From positions 2,668 through 66,667 of the forward strand of contig WJMG01000078.1 of assembly GCA_014728075.1 (NCBI GenBank): DNA of 64,000 nt. Reading direction: 5' to 3'. Position numbers and translations under genes: made by a program. Positions 28,370 through 38,545 of the stretch are shown here, piece after piece. How positions within the stretch are numbered: the stretch's first letter is position 1; each line of letters begins with the position of its first letter. The notes beneath the pieces were generated by a model. That model saw only the letters and a list, made by a program, of their open reading frames with translations. It was not told the DNA's origin and did no database searches. Source of the stretch: Candidatus Omnitrophota bacterium (GTDB lineage: Bacteria; Omnitrophota; Gorgyraeia; Tantalellales; Tantalellaceae).

Positions 28370-29050
28370 TCAGATCTTTTTATCCAGGCGTTCTTTGTGA
28401 TGCCTTACTACAGTGGCTCTTACCATGTAGATGACATCCTCCGAAATGTAGGTGGCGTGATCGCAGATCCTTTCAAGGTGCCTCGCTATCAGCAGGAGGG
28501 CGACCGCCCTTGTCGCGCTTGAGGGGTCTTTTTCAAGGAAGTCGTGCAAAAGTTCGCTCTGTACCGCGTTCCGGATCTTGTTGGCCTCGGGATCGGCCAG
28601 GATGACCTCTTTTGCTAGGGACTCGTCCCTGTTAACATAGGAATCGATGGCGCTCTTCACCATCTTCCGGGCGATCTCGGAAAGTTTGGGGATATCTATC
28701 AGCGGCTTAAGGGGCTGCTGCCCGGAAAGGGCCTTCACTCTCTGTGAAATGTTCACCGTCAGGTCCGCTATTCTCTCAAGTTCCGCGTTTATTTTCATGC
28801 CCGTTGTTATCTGTCTCAGGTCTATGGCCATGGGCTGGCGCAGAGCCAGGAGATCGATGAACTTCTCCTCGATGAGATTCTCCATCTCGTCTATCCTGGT
28901 ATCGTCCTGTATAACCTTTTCAGCGAGGTCTTCGTCCCTGTTCTTTAATGCCTCCACGGATTTGAATATAGCTTCTTCCACCATCGCCGCCATTTTCAAA
29001 AGGTCGGTATTCACGCTCTTTATTTCGTCATCAAAATGTCTTTCTACCAT
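28370..29050 (-). CDS. phoU: Phosphate signalling protein PhoU
   Basis: RQPMAIDLR, ELERIADL, LERICDHATYISE. Confidence 0.95.
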   Translation of the reverse strand: MVERHFDDEIKSVNTDLLKMAAMVEEAIFKSVEALKNRDEDLAEKVIQDDTRIDEMENLIEEKFIDLLALRQPMAIDLRQITTGMKINAELERIADLTVNISQRVKALSGQQPLKPLIDIPKLSEIARKMVKSAIDSYVNRDESLAKEVILADPEANKIRNAVQSELLHDFLEKDPSSATRAVALLLIARHLERICDHATYISEDVIYMVRATVVRHHKERLDKKI

Positions 29051-29085
29051 TTCTGCACCTCGTCTTTGGAGCTCTCCGCTCCGGA

Positions 29086-29943
29086 TCATCCGAACCTGCC
29101 GGTAATGTAATCTTCCGTTATCTTTTTCCCGGGGTTTGTGAACATTTTACTCGTTTCATCATATTCTACCAGCTCTCCCAGCATAAAGAAAGCTGTATAG
29201 TCCGATATCCTCGCGGCCTGCTGCATGTTATGAGTCACTATGGCAATGGTGTAATCGTTCTTGAGTTCTTCTATAAGTTCTTCTATCTTGAGCGTCGCGG
29301 TCGGGTCCAGCGCCGAGGCGGGTTCGTCCATCAGGATCACTTCCGGCTCTATCGCAAGCGCCCGGGCTATACAAAGCCTCTGCTGCTGGCCGCCGGAGAG
29401 ATCAAAAGCGCTGTCGTTAAGGCGGTCCTTGACCTCTTTCCAGAGCGCGGCCCCTTTCAGGCTTGCTTCGACCTTATCGCTTATGTACGCCCGGTCTTTT
29501 ACTCCGTTGATCCTCAGTCCGTACGCCACATTCTCGAAAATGGTCTTTGGGAAAGGGTTCGACTTCTGGAAGACCATGCCTACTTTCCTCCTCAAAGACA
29601 CGACATCGACGCCCGGCGCGTAGATGTCCTGCCCGTCGATCTCGACCTTCCCTTCGATCCTTGTGCCGTCTATTACATCATTCATCCGGTTCAGGCTTCT
29701 CAGGAAAGTGGATTTACCGCACCCGGAAGGTCCGATAATTCCGGTGACCTTGTTCTTGTATATGTCCATAGTGACGCTCTTGATAGCTATCTCGTCACCG
29801 TAGTAAAAATTGAACCCTTCTGTCCTTATGACGATCTCTCCCATCTTTTTCCCCTTTGCAGCTCCGGGACCTGCCGGTTCACCGTTCCCGTTTTGGCTTT
29901 TGCCCGTTTTTCTGTTCACGGATCTTTCCTTGAGTTTCTGCAT
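29086..29943 (-). CDS. pstB: Phosphate ABC transporter ATPase
   Basis: [39 protein letters not shown]. Confidence 0.96.
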   Translation of the reverse strand: MQKLKERSVNRKTGKSQNGNGEPAGPGAAKGKKMGEIVIRTEGFNFYYGDEIAIKSVTMDIYKNKVTGIIGPSGCGKSTFLRSLNRMNDVIDGTRIEGKVEIDGQDIYAPGVDVVSLRRKVGMVFQKSNPFPKTIFENVAYGLRINGVKDRAYISDKVEASLKGAALWKEVKDRLNDSAFDLSGGQQQRLCIARALAIEPEVILMDEPASALDPTATLKIEELIEELKNDYTIAIVTHNMQQAARISDYTAFFMLGELVEYDETSKMFTNPGKKITEDYITGRFG

Positions 29944-29944
29944 G

Positions 29945-30799
29945 TCACTCTTTCCTTACTTTCCTTAGCTTATATCTCAATATTATAGCGAATAAATTCA
30001 TCGAAAAAACCAGCACTATCAGCACCAGGGCCGTACCGTACGCTATCGGCCTTACGCCTTCTATATCGTGGTGCTGTGTGGCCATTATGTAAAGGTGGTA
30101 CGGAAGCGCCATGAACTGGTCAAAAAGCGACTCGGGAAGAAAGGGCAGAAAGAAGGCCGCTCCCGTAAAAAGTATGGGCGCGGTCTCACCGGCCGCACGC
30201 GCAAGCCCGAGTATGGTCCCCGTCAGCATTCCCGGTATCGCGTAAGGAAGAACATTGGTCCTTATAGACTGCCATTTGGTAGCGCCCAGGGCCAGGGCCC
30301 CCGAGCGGTATGCCTGTGGAACATTCTTCAGGGCCTCTTCGCTCGCTGTTATGGTCCAGGGAAGCGTCATGAGGCCGAGCGTCATCCCGGCCGAAAGGAT
30401 ACAGGTGCCTATGCGCATCAACTGGACGAAAAGCACAACTCCGAAAAGGCCGTACACTATGGAAGGTACGCCCGAAAGGTTCCTTATGGACATCCTTATA
30501 AGCCTCGTGAACCTGTTGTCACGGGCGTATTCGTTAAGGTAAATAGCGCACCCCATCCCCAGGGGGACGGCAAAGAGCGCTGTCATGAGGGTCACCAGAA
30601 AAGTGCCTATTATAGCGGGGAATATGCCCCCTTCTGTCATGCCGTTCTTCGGCATCTGGGTAAGAAAAGCCCAGGAGATCTTACCCGCTCCCTTGGTGAA
30701 AATATCCCACAGGATAACGACAAGTATCAGGGCGACCGTTCCCAGGCACAGAAAAAGTACCGTTATACCCGCGTTCTGTTCTATGTTCTTCTTATTCAT
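29945..30799 (-). CDS. pstA: Phosphate ABC permease PstA
   Basis: [20 protein letters not shown]; start MNKKN overlaps the pstC stop. Confidence 0.94.
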   Translation of the reverse strand: MNKKNIEQNAGITVLFLCLGTVALILVVILWDIFTKGAGKISWAFLTQMPKNGMTEGGIFPAIIGTFLVTLMTALFAVPLGMGCAIYLNEYARDNRFTRLIRMSIRNLSGVPSIVYGLFGVVLFVQLMRIGTCILSAGMTLGLMTLPWTITASEEALKNVPQAYRSGALALGATKWQSIRTNVLPYAIPGMLTGTILGLARAAGETAPILFTGAAFFLPFLPESLFDQFMALPYHLYIMATQHHDIEGVRPIAYGTALVLIVLVFSMNLFAIILRYKLRKVRKE

Positions 30800-31674
30800 C
30801 TTACCTTTATCTGGTATTTCCTGAGAACGATATCGGATATCATGTTGACCAGGAAAGTTATTATAAAAAGCACCAGGCCCACACCGAAAAGCGCGTAATA
30901 ATGCGTGGTGTAATAAGGCACCTCTCCCAGCTCTATAGCTATTGTAGAGGTCATCGTCCTTACCGAATCGAGAAACCCGTGAGGCATCGCCGGGGCACAG
31001 CCCGTCGCCATCAGGACCGTCATTGTCTCTCCTATGGCCCTCCCCATTCCCAGCATGCACGAAGCGAAGATCCCCGAAGCCGCGGCCGGTATCTTTACCT
31101 TTACGATGGTCTGCCAGTGCGTCGAGCCCAGGGCAAGAGAAGCTTCGGTAAAGGATTTGGGAACGCTCTTTAGAGCGTCTTCGGAGATGCTTATTATAGT
31201 AGGAAGCGCCATTATAGCTAAAAGAAAAGAGCCGTTCAGGGCGTTAAGCCCGTTCGGGATATTAAACAGCCTGGCTATCGCCGGGCCGACCAATACTATG
31301 CCCAGAAAGCCTATAACGACAGAAGGTATCCCGGCAAGTATCTCTATTATGGGTTTCGCTATCTCGCGCACCCTGGGACTCGCTATATCGGACAGATACG
31401 CCGCGGTGCCTATGCCCAGAGGAAAAGCAATGACAAGAGCCCCTATCGTCACCATGGCGGTCGAGACGAGCATCGCGCCTATACCGTACTGCGTCCTGAC
31501 ATAAGAGGTCGGGTTCCACCTGGCGGTAAAAAGGAACTCTTTCAGGCTTATTTCCCTGAATGCCGGGATGGAAGTCCCCACCAGAAGGGCGAAAATACCC
31601 ACCAGCACTATTACCACCAGAAGGCCGTTGAACATAAAGAGGCCGTGGATAGCTTTTTCCTTAAGATCGCTCAT
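30796..31674 (-). CDS. pstC: Phosphate ABC permease PstC
   Basis: LAGIPSVVIG, GRAIGETM. Confidence 0.94.
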   Translation of the reverse strand: MSDLKEKAIHGLFMFNGLLVVIVLVGIFALLVGTSIPAFREISLKEFLFTARWNPTSYVRTQYGIGAMLVSTAMVTIGALVIAFPLGIGTAAYLSDIASPRVREIAKPIIEILAGIPSVVIGFLGIVLVGPAIARLFNIPNGLNALNGSFLLAIMALPTIISISEDALKSVPKSFTEASLALGSTHWQTIVKVKIPAAASGIFASCMLGMGRAIGETMTVLMATGCAPAMPHGFLDSVRTMTSTIAIELGEVPYYTTHYYALFGVGLVLFIITFLVNMISDIVLRKYQIKVR

Positions 31675-31717
31675 GTCGTATCCACGGCCTCCTTATATTA
31701 TTTATTCGTTCCCGGGA

Positions 31718-32599
31718 CTACAGTCCCACGCTCTTTTTGTTGAATTCAATATATTCTTTGGGGATCGGGAAAAATCCTTCCTCTTCCACCGTTCTCTGTC
31801 CTTCCGGGCTTAGTTCGAAAAGGATGAAATCCCTGACCTTGCCCTCGGGAGCCCCGTTCAGATACTGGTTCAGGGGACGGGCTATCGGATATTTGCCGCT
31901 TTTCACATCCTGAGAGTCCAGCGGGCTTGCGTAAGGCGCTCCGGCGTAAGCGGCGACCTTCAGAACATTCACGCCTTTGGCGTTCTTCACATAACCTACG
32001 CCTACATAGCCTATGCCTGTCTTATCGGCCTTCACGGCTTCCACTATCTGGGAATTCCCGTTCATTCTTCTCATGGCGCTGGCGTAATCCCCCTTGAGCA
32101 CCACATCCCTGAAGAAAACGAAAGTCCCGGAATTGGACTGTCTTCCGTAAAGGGTTATCGGAAGGTCTTCTCCGCCGACTTCCGACCAGTTAGTTACCTC
32201 TCCCCTGAAGATCTTTCCTATCTGGTCCATGGTAAGGCCTTCTACGGTATTGCTGCCGTTAACGATCACGCTTAAGCCGTCCATGGCTATAACGACCCTC
32301 TTTGGAGTTATCCCCCTGTCCATCGCCCTGGTAACTTCTTTGGGCTTCATAAGCCGTGATGCGTTGGCGATGTCGGTCTTCTTGTTCATCAGCGCGGCTA
32401 TCCCGGTACCGGACCCTCCGCCGGTCACGGCAATAGCTACGCCGCTTTTCTGCTCCATATATTCCTCGGCCAGCTTCTGCACCAGGTTGATCAGGGTGTC
32501 GGAGCCCTTGATCTGTATCATTTCCCGGGCTCCGGCCATTCCTGAAAAAGCGAACAGAGCCAGCGTGGCCATGGCTATAGATTTTCTGTATTTCTTCAT
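31718..32599 (-). CDS. pstS: Phosphate-binding protein PstS
   Basis: IKGSDT, GGGSGTG, NASR, RQSNSGT, YPIARPL. Confidence 0.94.
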   Translation of the reverse strand: MKKYRKSIAMATLALFAFSGMAGAREMIQIKGSDTLINLVQKLAEEYMEQKSGVAIAVTGGGSGTGIAALMNKKTDIANASRLMKPKEVTRAMDRGITPKRVVIAMDGLSVIVNGSNTVEGLTMDQIGKIFRGEVTNWSEVGGEDLPITLYGRQSNSGTFVFFRDVVLKGDYASAMRRMNGNSQIVEAVKADKTGIGYVGVGYVKNAKGVNVLKVAAYAGAPYASPLDSQDVKSGKYPIARPLNQYLNGAPEGKVRDFILFELSPEGQRTVEEEGFFPIPKEYIEFNKKSVGL

Positions 32600-32622
32600 C
32601 GGTCAGCTCCTTGATTCATTTT

Positions 32623-32677
32623 GTTATACAAATTTATTGTTACGGTTCTGTGAACTTCCGGTTACGAGTTAGTTAAC
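32623..32677 (-). promoter_or_regulatory. Pho-box array and -10 upstream of pstS
   Basis: Four units at exact 11-bp period (minus strand TTAAC, GTAAC, TTCAC, GTAAC at 32672, 32661, 32650, 32639), then TATAAC. Confidence 0.7.
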
Positions 32678-34030
32678 TTAGAACTTTACCTTGACATCCA
32701 TCTGCAGAAGCTGCGCGGCCTGGTCGTATTCGTTGGTAAGGCTGCTGTTGATGTCGATAGGAGTAACATAATAGTATTCCAGGGCCAGGACGGTGTTCTT
32801 GAAAAGGGCGTATTGGATCCCTCCGTTGAAACCCTGTCCGTTGGTCCCGCCTCCGGCAGGCACGCCTCTCTGCGTGAACCCGAAAAAGTCGGAATCCGGC
32901 AGCGTGTCGGGTACCGCGTCGCGCTCGATATACCTGTAAAGTCCCCAGATCTTCCACTGTCCGGGTTTCTTGGGCTTCTTTTTGCCCAGATAGGCGCCGA
33001 CCTCGAAACCGAAATCGTCCGAGCTCACCCCGGAAGCGACATTCCATATCATGTCCGACCAGATCCCGTGACCCATCTCGAAATCGAAGAATTTTTTAGC
33101 GTCGTACCGGATCATCACATCAACAAGATTGTAATCGTACCGCCACTGGTTGGCCACACCGTCGATGGTCCAGGTAGTGTTGGTGCCCGCCGAGAAATCC
33201 GGGCTGTTCCCGGTGGACCTGTAATTCGGATTGCTCTTCATGTGCGCAAGGTCGTAATACGCGGCGGACAGATCGAGCTTAGCGTCCCAGTCGCTGTTTA
33301 TGTCCATCCTGAGCCCTCCCTGCATAACATACATGACCGGGTCATGCTGAGACCGGGTGATCTCCTCCAGCCAGAAGAACCCGAAATTCCCGTAAAGCTC
33401 CGTGGGCACCTCTCCCAGCTCGAAGGTGGAAGAGTCGTATTGCGCCAGTATACCGTCCGGGTTTATGTCGCCATCCCAGAGGACTTCGGACTTGTTAAGC
33501 CGGTTCTTGAACTTTCCGAGCCAGAGGTCTCCCGACCCCATGTTTTTGGGAAGTTCCGGGTGCCAGTTGATGTAATACATGTCGAGCCTGCAGTCGAAAC
33601 TCTCAAAAGTATGTTCGAGCGTCTGATTGGTGGAGCGCGGATCGTTCCCGCCGGTAACAAGCCTTACTCCGGCCTTTACCTGGTCGTTGACCTCTCCCTC
33701 TACGCCGATCCTGGCCCTTACCCTGTTCCGTATCCTTTCGTGCGCGGGGCCCAGGCCCTTATACCAGCCTGTCTGCGTACGGAAGCGAACATCGCCCTTC
33801 ATCTTGATCTTCTGCGTCCAGGACGGCGCTGTTACCGCTTTCCCGGCCGCCAGCTCCTTGGCCGCCTCTTCCTTGGCATCGGCCAACAATATCTGGGCCT
33901 CGTACGGAGTGAGCACACCCTTTTCAACGAGCTTGTTAACAAGCACATCTATTTCGCCGGCGTCCGCGCCCTTTAGCGGAGCCACGGCGAAAACCAGCAA
34001 AACTGCGAGCAAAATAAATCTTTTTCCCAT
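32678..34030 (-). CDS. Putative outer-membrane porin (Porin_5-like), probably phosphate-starvation porin
   Basis: Signal peptide, LVNKLVEKGVLT, KGDVRFR, RSTNQT, WDGDINPDG, C-terminal KF. Confidence 0.8.
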   Translation of the reverse strand: MGKRFILLAVLLVFAVAPLKGADAGEIDVLVNKLVEKGVLTPYEAQILLADAKEEAAKELAAGKAVTAPSWTQKIKMKGDVRFRTQTGWYKGLGPAHERIRNRVRARIGVEGEVNDQVKAGVRLVTGGNDPRSTNQTLEHTFESFDCRLDMYYINWHPELPKNMGSGDLWLGKFKNRLNKSEVLWDGDINPDGILAQYDSSTFELGEVPTELYGNFGFFWLEEITRSQHDPVMYVMQGGLRMDINSDWDAKLDLSAAYYDLAHMKSNPNYRSTGNSPDFSAGTNTTWTIDGVANQWRYDYNLVDVMIRYDAKKFFDFEMGHGIWSDMIWNVASGVSSDDFGFEVGAYLGKKKPKKPGQWKIWGLYRYIERDAVPDTLPDSDFFGFTQRGVPAGGGTNGQGFNGGIQYALFKNTVLALEYYYVTPIDINSSLTNEYDQAAQLLQMDVKVKF

Positions 34031-34042
34031 TTTTATTCCTCC

Positions 34043-34339
34043 TTAAAAGGATTTTCTATCGATAAATATTCCTGCTTCTTTCGTTTGGAGTTCGAATCGA
34101 AGATCCCTGGTGCTTTCCTCTTCGGTTTCTTCTTCCGGGTCCATATAGGTAAAACGACAGTCGGCGGCAAAACCGGCTCCGATACTGCTTTGGCCTTTCC
34201 TTTCATCACCTCCTTCCCTGCCGTGTTTTTTGCCATCCTCCGCCATGTTCAAAAGCGCGTTTCCCATATCCAGCGAAAAGCGGTAATACGCGTTTCCCAT
34301 AAGTATAACGGCTACTCCCGCCAGCAACAATAAGACCAT
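34043..34339 (-). CDS. Hypothetical membrane-anchored protein, first gene of the Pho operon
   Basis: 98-aa ORF with N-terminal hydrophobic stretch; ends at the porin RBS. Confidence 0.4.
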   Translation of the reverse strand: MVLLLLAGVAVILMGNAYYRFSLDMGNALLNMAEDGKKHGREGGDERKGQSSIGAGFAADCRFTYMDPEEETEEESTRDLRFELQTKEAGIFIDRKSF

Positions 34340-34376
34340 TTTCTTACGCCTTTCGGTAAATTGTCACACAAAGTGT

Positions 34377-34426
34377 ATAACACTTTTGTAACCCGAACAT
34401 GAAAGGCAAGTAAACTTTTTGTGAAC
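34377..34426 (-). promoter_or_regulatory. Pho-box array
   Basis: Five units at exact 11-bp period (minus strand TTCAC, TTTAC, TTCAT, GTTAC, GTTAT at 34421, 34410, 34399, 34388, 34377). Confidence 0.7.
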
Positions 34427-34498
34427 AAAAAAGGTTAGTTCAAGAAAAGCGCGGTTTGTTTTCGCGGCCCGGCCTGTTTGTTTCCGGCCGGAACCCGC

Positions 34499-36271
34499 TC
34501 ATGCTTTTGGGATGGTAAAAAAGAAGGTAGTCCCTTTTCCGGGGGAACTTTCGACTCGCACTTCCCCTCCGTGTTCCTGGACGATGTGCTTAACGATGGA
34601 AAGGCCGAGACCGGTCCCTCCCATTTCCCTGGACCTGGCCTTGTCTACCCTGTAGAAGCGCTCGAAGATCCTGGGCTGGTCCTCTTCGGGAATGCCTATT
34701 CCATTATCCTCCACCTCTACACAGACATAGCCGCCGTCCTCCCGGGCGGTAACCTTTATTTTCCCGCCGGGATAAGTATATTTAACGGCGTTCTCTATCA
34801 GGTTGAACAGGACCTGTGTTATTCTTTCGGTGTCTACGAAAACCTGCGGGAGATCTTCTCCTATCATGACCCGGGCGTTTATTTCTTTGTCTTCCGCTTT
34901 CCTTTTCAGTCCCTGCATCGCCCTTTCGGCGATCTCTTTAATAGACGCCCTCTCCGGATTCATGTCAAGCTTGCCGGACTCTATCCCGGAGAGGCTGAGG
35001 ATATCGGCTATAAGTTTAGCCAGCCTGTCCGCTTCCTCGTAGATCACGCCGACAAATTCCCTGGAGTTCTCTTTGTCCTGGAGGGCGCCGTCCAGAAGGG
35101 TCTCGGCATAACCTTTGATATTAGCTATAGGGGTCCTCAACTCGTGAGAAACATTGGCGACGAAATCCCGGCGGATGCTTTCGAGGTTCCTTAATTCGGT
35201 TATATCGTGAAAGACGAGCACCGCGCCTATGGTCTTTCCTTCCCGCACAACGGGGGTCGCGTGCACCATGAGCGTTTTAGGTTCGGGCATGAGCACCGAC
35301 ACCTCCCTCGCCTCCACTCCTTCTTTCCGCGAAAGGACCTCGTCCAGGATCTCCTGAATATCTATGTTCCGGAGCACCTCTACCGGCTTTTTCCCCGAAG
35401 GGTCGTCCATGACCTGAAGCAGCTGCGCAAGGGAAGGGTTCATCAATATGATCGTTCCCTTCGAATCGATCACGATAACGCCGTCGAACATACTTAACAA
35501 CACGGCTTCAAAACGGGACTTCCCGGTCGTTATGTCCTTTATCCTGGCCTTGATCTGTTCGATCATATAATTGAAGGCTTCCGCCAGGTCCGCCGTTTCA
35601 TCTCCCGAGGAAACGGTCATTTTTTCGGAAAGGTCTCCTTTCGCTATTTTTTTGGCGATCTGGGCCATTTCCTGAAGCCGCTTGGATATAACCTTGGAAG
35701 CGATCGAACTGGCCAGAAGGGAAAGGAAGAACGCCGCCGCGACAGCGGCAAAAAGGACCCTCTTGAGGTCCGCCGATGTTTCTTCCAGCCCGGAAAGCGG
35801 GATGGCCAGCCTCACTATTCCCTGGGGGCTTCCTTTGCCCACGATCTGGGCGACATAAAGCATGTGCTTCCGGACGGTAGTGGAGAAGCGCTTGCTCATC
35901 CCCGTTCCACTCAAAAGCGCTTCCTGGACCTCCGGCCGGCCGAAGTGGTTCTCCACTTCCTTAACTTCACCGGTCGTAAGGTCGGAATCTCCCAGGACCG
36001 TACCGTCAAGGGCTATTATGGTCACCCTGAGCCCCAGGTCCCTGTTTATGCGGTCGGCGAGAAAATCCAGCTCATGGGGACTCATCTCGCCCATGTCTTT
36101 TTCCAGAAGAAAGGTCTCTATAAGGCGGGTATCTTTGAGGATATCTCGCCGCGTCCGGGCGTAGTAATCTTCCCTTAGCCTGCGGTCCAGGTATAAAAAG
36201 GTCACCAGCAAAATGGCGGAGAACAGCGCTACGAAGGTAACGGTGATCTTGTGCTGGAGCCGAAAAGCCAT
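34499..36271 (-). CDS. phoR: Phosphate regulon sensor kinase PhoR
   Basis: ENHFGRPEV, HAMP, PAS, RRDFVANVSHELRTP, RIFERFYRVDKARSR. Confidence 0.92.
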   Translation of the reverse strand: MAFRLQHKITVTFVALFSAILLVTFLYLDRRLREDYYARTRRDILKDTRLIETFLLEKDMGEMSPHELDFLADRINRDLGLRVTIIALDGTVLGDSDLTTGEVKEVENHFGRPEVQEALLSGTGMSKRFSTTVRKHMLYVAQIVGKGSPQGIVRLAIPLSGLEETSADLKRVLFAAVAAAFFLSLLASSIASKVISKRLQEMAQIAKKIAKGDLSEKMTVSSGDETADLAEAFNYMIEQIKARIKDITTGKSRFEAVLLSMFDGVIVIDSKGTIILMNPSLAQLLQVMDDPSGKKPVEVLRNIDIQEILDEVLSRKEGVEAREVSVLMPEPKTLMVHATPVVREGKTIGAVLVFHDITELRNLESIRRDFVANVSHELRTPIANIKGYAETLLDGALQDKENSREFVGVIYEEADRLAKLIADILSLSGIESGKLDMNPERASIKEIAERAMQGLKRKAEDKEINARVMIGEDLPQVFVDTERITQVLFNLIENAVKYTYPGGKIKVTAREDGGYVCVEVEDNGIGIPEEDQPRIFERFYRVDKARSREMGGTGLGLSIVKHIVQEHGGEVRVESSPGKGTTFFFTIPKA

Positions 36272-36272
36272 C

Positions 36273-36965
36273 CTACTCCTCTTCTTTGAACCTGTAGCCG
36301 AAACCTCTGACCGTGTCGATCATGTTCCCGGCTTTACCGAGCTTTTCCCGGAGGCGTTTTATATGTGTGTCCACCGTTCTGGTAGTAACATCGGAGGCTA
36401 TCCCCCACACATCGTTGAGAAGCCTTTCCCGGGACTGAACCCTTCCGGCCCTTTCGATCAAAGTAACGAGAAGATCGAACTCCATCGGGGTAAGGTCTAT
36501 ATCTTTTTTGCCGGCCGTAACCCTGTGCCGGGGAATGTCTATGACTATGTCTCCCGCGATCAGCGTTTCCGCTTTTTTCTCGGGCGCGCCGCTGCCTCTT
36601 TTCAGAATGGCCTTTATCCTGAGCAAAAGCTCTCTGGTGCTGAAGGGTTTCACGACATAGTCATCGGCCCCCAGCTCGAAGCCGACGACCCTGTCGACCT
36701 CTTCCCCTTTGGCCGTAAGCATCAGAACGGGAATGGATGCCGTCTTCTGCTGCTGCTTTAAAGTCCGGCATACCTCAAGGCCGTCCATCCCGGGAAGCAT
36801 TATATCGAGAAGCACCAGGTCTATTTTTTCCTTTTTCATGATATCCAGCGCTTCCTCCCCGCTGGGCGCCACCCTGCAGGAGTATCCTTCTTTTTCAAGA
36901 TTATATCTCACGAGCTTTGAGATGTTCTTATCGTCTTCGACGACCAGTATCATCTTGGCGGGCAT
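36273..36965 (-). CDS. phoB: OmpR-family response regulator PhoB/PhoP
   Basis: LLDIMLP, GADDYVVKPF, RTVDTHIKRLR, TVRGFGY; adjacent to phoR and pst. Confidence 0.9.
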   Translation of the reverse strand: MPAKMILVVEDDKNISKLVRYNLEKEGYSCRVAPSGEEALDIMKKEKIDLVLLDIMLPGMDGLEVCRTLKQQQKTASIPVLMLTAKGEEVDRVVGFELGADDYVVKPFSTRELLLRIKAILKRGSGAPEKKAETLIAGDIVIDIPRHRVTAGKKDIDLTPMEFDLLVTLIERAGRVQSRERLLNDVWGIASDVTTRTVDTHIKRLREKLGKAGNMIDTVRGFGYRFKEEE

Positions 36966-36976
36966 AAGGCCTCCTT

Positions 36977-37321
36977 TTACACAGAGGGCTTGTTATAAAG
37001 CCCTATTTTAATAGTGGTATAAGGATCTTCCTGCCAGGGCCAGAACATGGCTAAAAGGGCCTTCCCTCCCGTTTCCTTAAAGAAAAGGGTCTGGTCGGCG
37101 CAGATCCCGTTATACGGCCTTGTCAGCTCCTGGTGTTCGTCTGTAGGGTCTACCCCTGCCGGTTTGACCGCCTCTCCGAAGATCTCGAGCATGATGTCCT
37201 GCCAGGCCGGCATGTCGCGGTTATAAACCGCTATGTCGATAAAATCCTCCCCCATCTGCCTTTTCTGGTAGATCTCAAGGTGCGCGAATTTCCTCATTAT
37301 GTCGGTTAAAGACATTTTCAT
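36977..37321 (-). CDS. Hypothetical protein
   Basis: 114 aa with RBS GAAAGGA; co-oriented directly upstream of phoB. Confidence 0.65.
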   Translation of the reverse strand: MKMSLTDIMRKFAHLEIYQKRQMGEDFIDIAVYNRDMPAWQDIMLEIFGEAVKPAGVDPTDEHQELTRPYNGICADQTLFFKETGGKALLAMFWPWQEDPYTTIKIGLYNKPSV

Positions 37322-37393
37322 CCTTTCCTGTTTTTCTTTTAGAATATCACAACCAGCGGCTCAAGGGCAAGAAAGTTGTTTTGCCCGGAGCGT

Positions 37394-38068
37394 TCACTGG
37401 GATAGGTCAAGGGGCCTCCGGCATCCGCTTTTCGGGTCATCCAGGCCCGCGAAACTTATCGTCCTTTGTCCCGTACCGGTACCGCGGAAGGATGGAAGCC
37501 CGGATCCCCCGCAGAGCGTACAGATCCCGCTCTCCCTGAACCCTTCCTCTTTCAGGCCTTTTTTTAAAAGCTGTTCCCGGGCGAAACCGACCGGGTCAAA
37601 ATAAATTCCGCCCTCCCTGCGGGAAATATGCGGCGCAAGAACCGGCTTCTCTTCAAATTCACTGCCGACCTCGTAACAGCATTTTCTCATCCCCGGACCC
37701 GCGATGACCGTAAAAGAGGACAGGTCCAGGCGGATATGCCCGATGATCCCCTTTTCCGCCGACCGCCACCCCATGTGTACGGCGCCCGCTACTCCCGCCT
37801 CAAGGCTGTAAAAAAGAAGGGGCAGGCAATCCGCCGTCATTACGGCCGTGAAAAGGCCTTTTGCAACGGTAAAGATCCCGTCGGCCCGGTATCTCGCCGG
37901 TTTTTTCACCACAGATATCCGGGCACCATGGACCTGTTCCATGTAAGCGATGTCCCCGATCCGTTTTCTCACCTCTCCCAGACCCCCTATACGGGCAGAA
38001 GAGAATCCGGCAGTTACCCCGTCGGGGGTTTCGTAATAATATAAGGATTTTTCTTCTGTCAGCTTCAT
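37394..38068 (-). CDS. pgeF: YfiH/PgeF-family protein (purine nucleoside phosphorylase / peptidoglycan editing)
   Basis: EQVHG, ADG, TADCLP, VHMGWR, CCYEVG, SFR. Confidence 0.88.
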   Translation of the reverse strand: MKLTEEKSLYYYETPDGVTAGFSSARIGGLGEVRKRIGDIAYMEQVHGARISVVKKPARYRADGIFTVAKGLFTAVMTADCLPLLFYSLEAGVAGAVHMGWRSAEKGIIGHIRLDLSSFTVIAGPGMRKCCYEVGSEFEEKPVLAPHISRREGGIYFDPVGFAREQLLKKGLKEEGFRESGICTLCGGSGLPSFRGTGTGQRTISFAGLDDPKSGCRRPLDLSQ

Positions 38069-38208
38069 TCTATCGAGCTCTTGCGCAATGCCTGTACGGT
38101 CAGGCCCGTTGCCCTGCTTTTCTCAGCATGCCTCTTCGTTTAAACAAGAAGGGAGCCTCCCTTATCGGGACGCTCCCCCTTGTAATGACTTTCGCGGAAA
38201 GTCGCGGA

Positions 38209-38445
38209 TCAATCCATGTGCTGCAGAGCTTCCTGGATCAGAGGAAGAATGCCTTCGACTTCTTCTTTCGTCATCCTTCCCAGCTTGGCGAACCTCATTT
38301 CACCCTGGGCGTTCTGGTTTTCCCTGGATATCTGGAGCTTTTTCGCGCCTTCGTTGTATGACATAACGCTGACGGTCAGTCTTTCACCGTCGTTTTCCCA
38401 GGCTTTGGAGAACAAACTTACATCTAGTTCCTTGTCGTACGGCAT
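38209..38445 (-). CDS. Conserved-looking hypothetical protein, possible PC4/YdbC-like nucleic-acid-binding fold
   Basis: 78 aa; beta-strand pattern LTVSVMSYNEG..KLQISRE..FAKLGRMT followed by a helix; GGGGG RBS. Confidence 0.7.
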   Translation of the reverse strand: MPYDKELDVSLFSKAWENDGERLTVSVMSYNEGAKKLQISRENQNAQGEMRFAKLGRMTKEEVEGILPLIQEALQHMD

Positions 38446-38545
38446 TTCTACCCCCTGCTATTTTCCTTTTTCCGGTAATGTTTAAATGCGCCCGGAGCCT
38501 TTTCTCTCGGCTTTCCCGGCTTATTATAAGAATAATGTATTTATA

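Noticed and set aside
29945-31060. N-terminal extensions in the ORF track for pstA, hydE, pyrF, the receiver, PEGA and pyk
   Set aside because: The extensions overlap upstream genes or lack an RBS; downstream starts with RBS and homologous N-termini were chosen. No evidence of frameshifting or recoding.
34033-34236. Alternative 67-aa ORF overlapping 34043-34339
   Set aside because: No RBS and no recognisable features; the 98-aa frame fits better, though it is itself uncertain.
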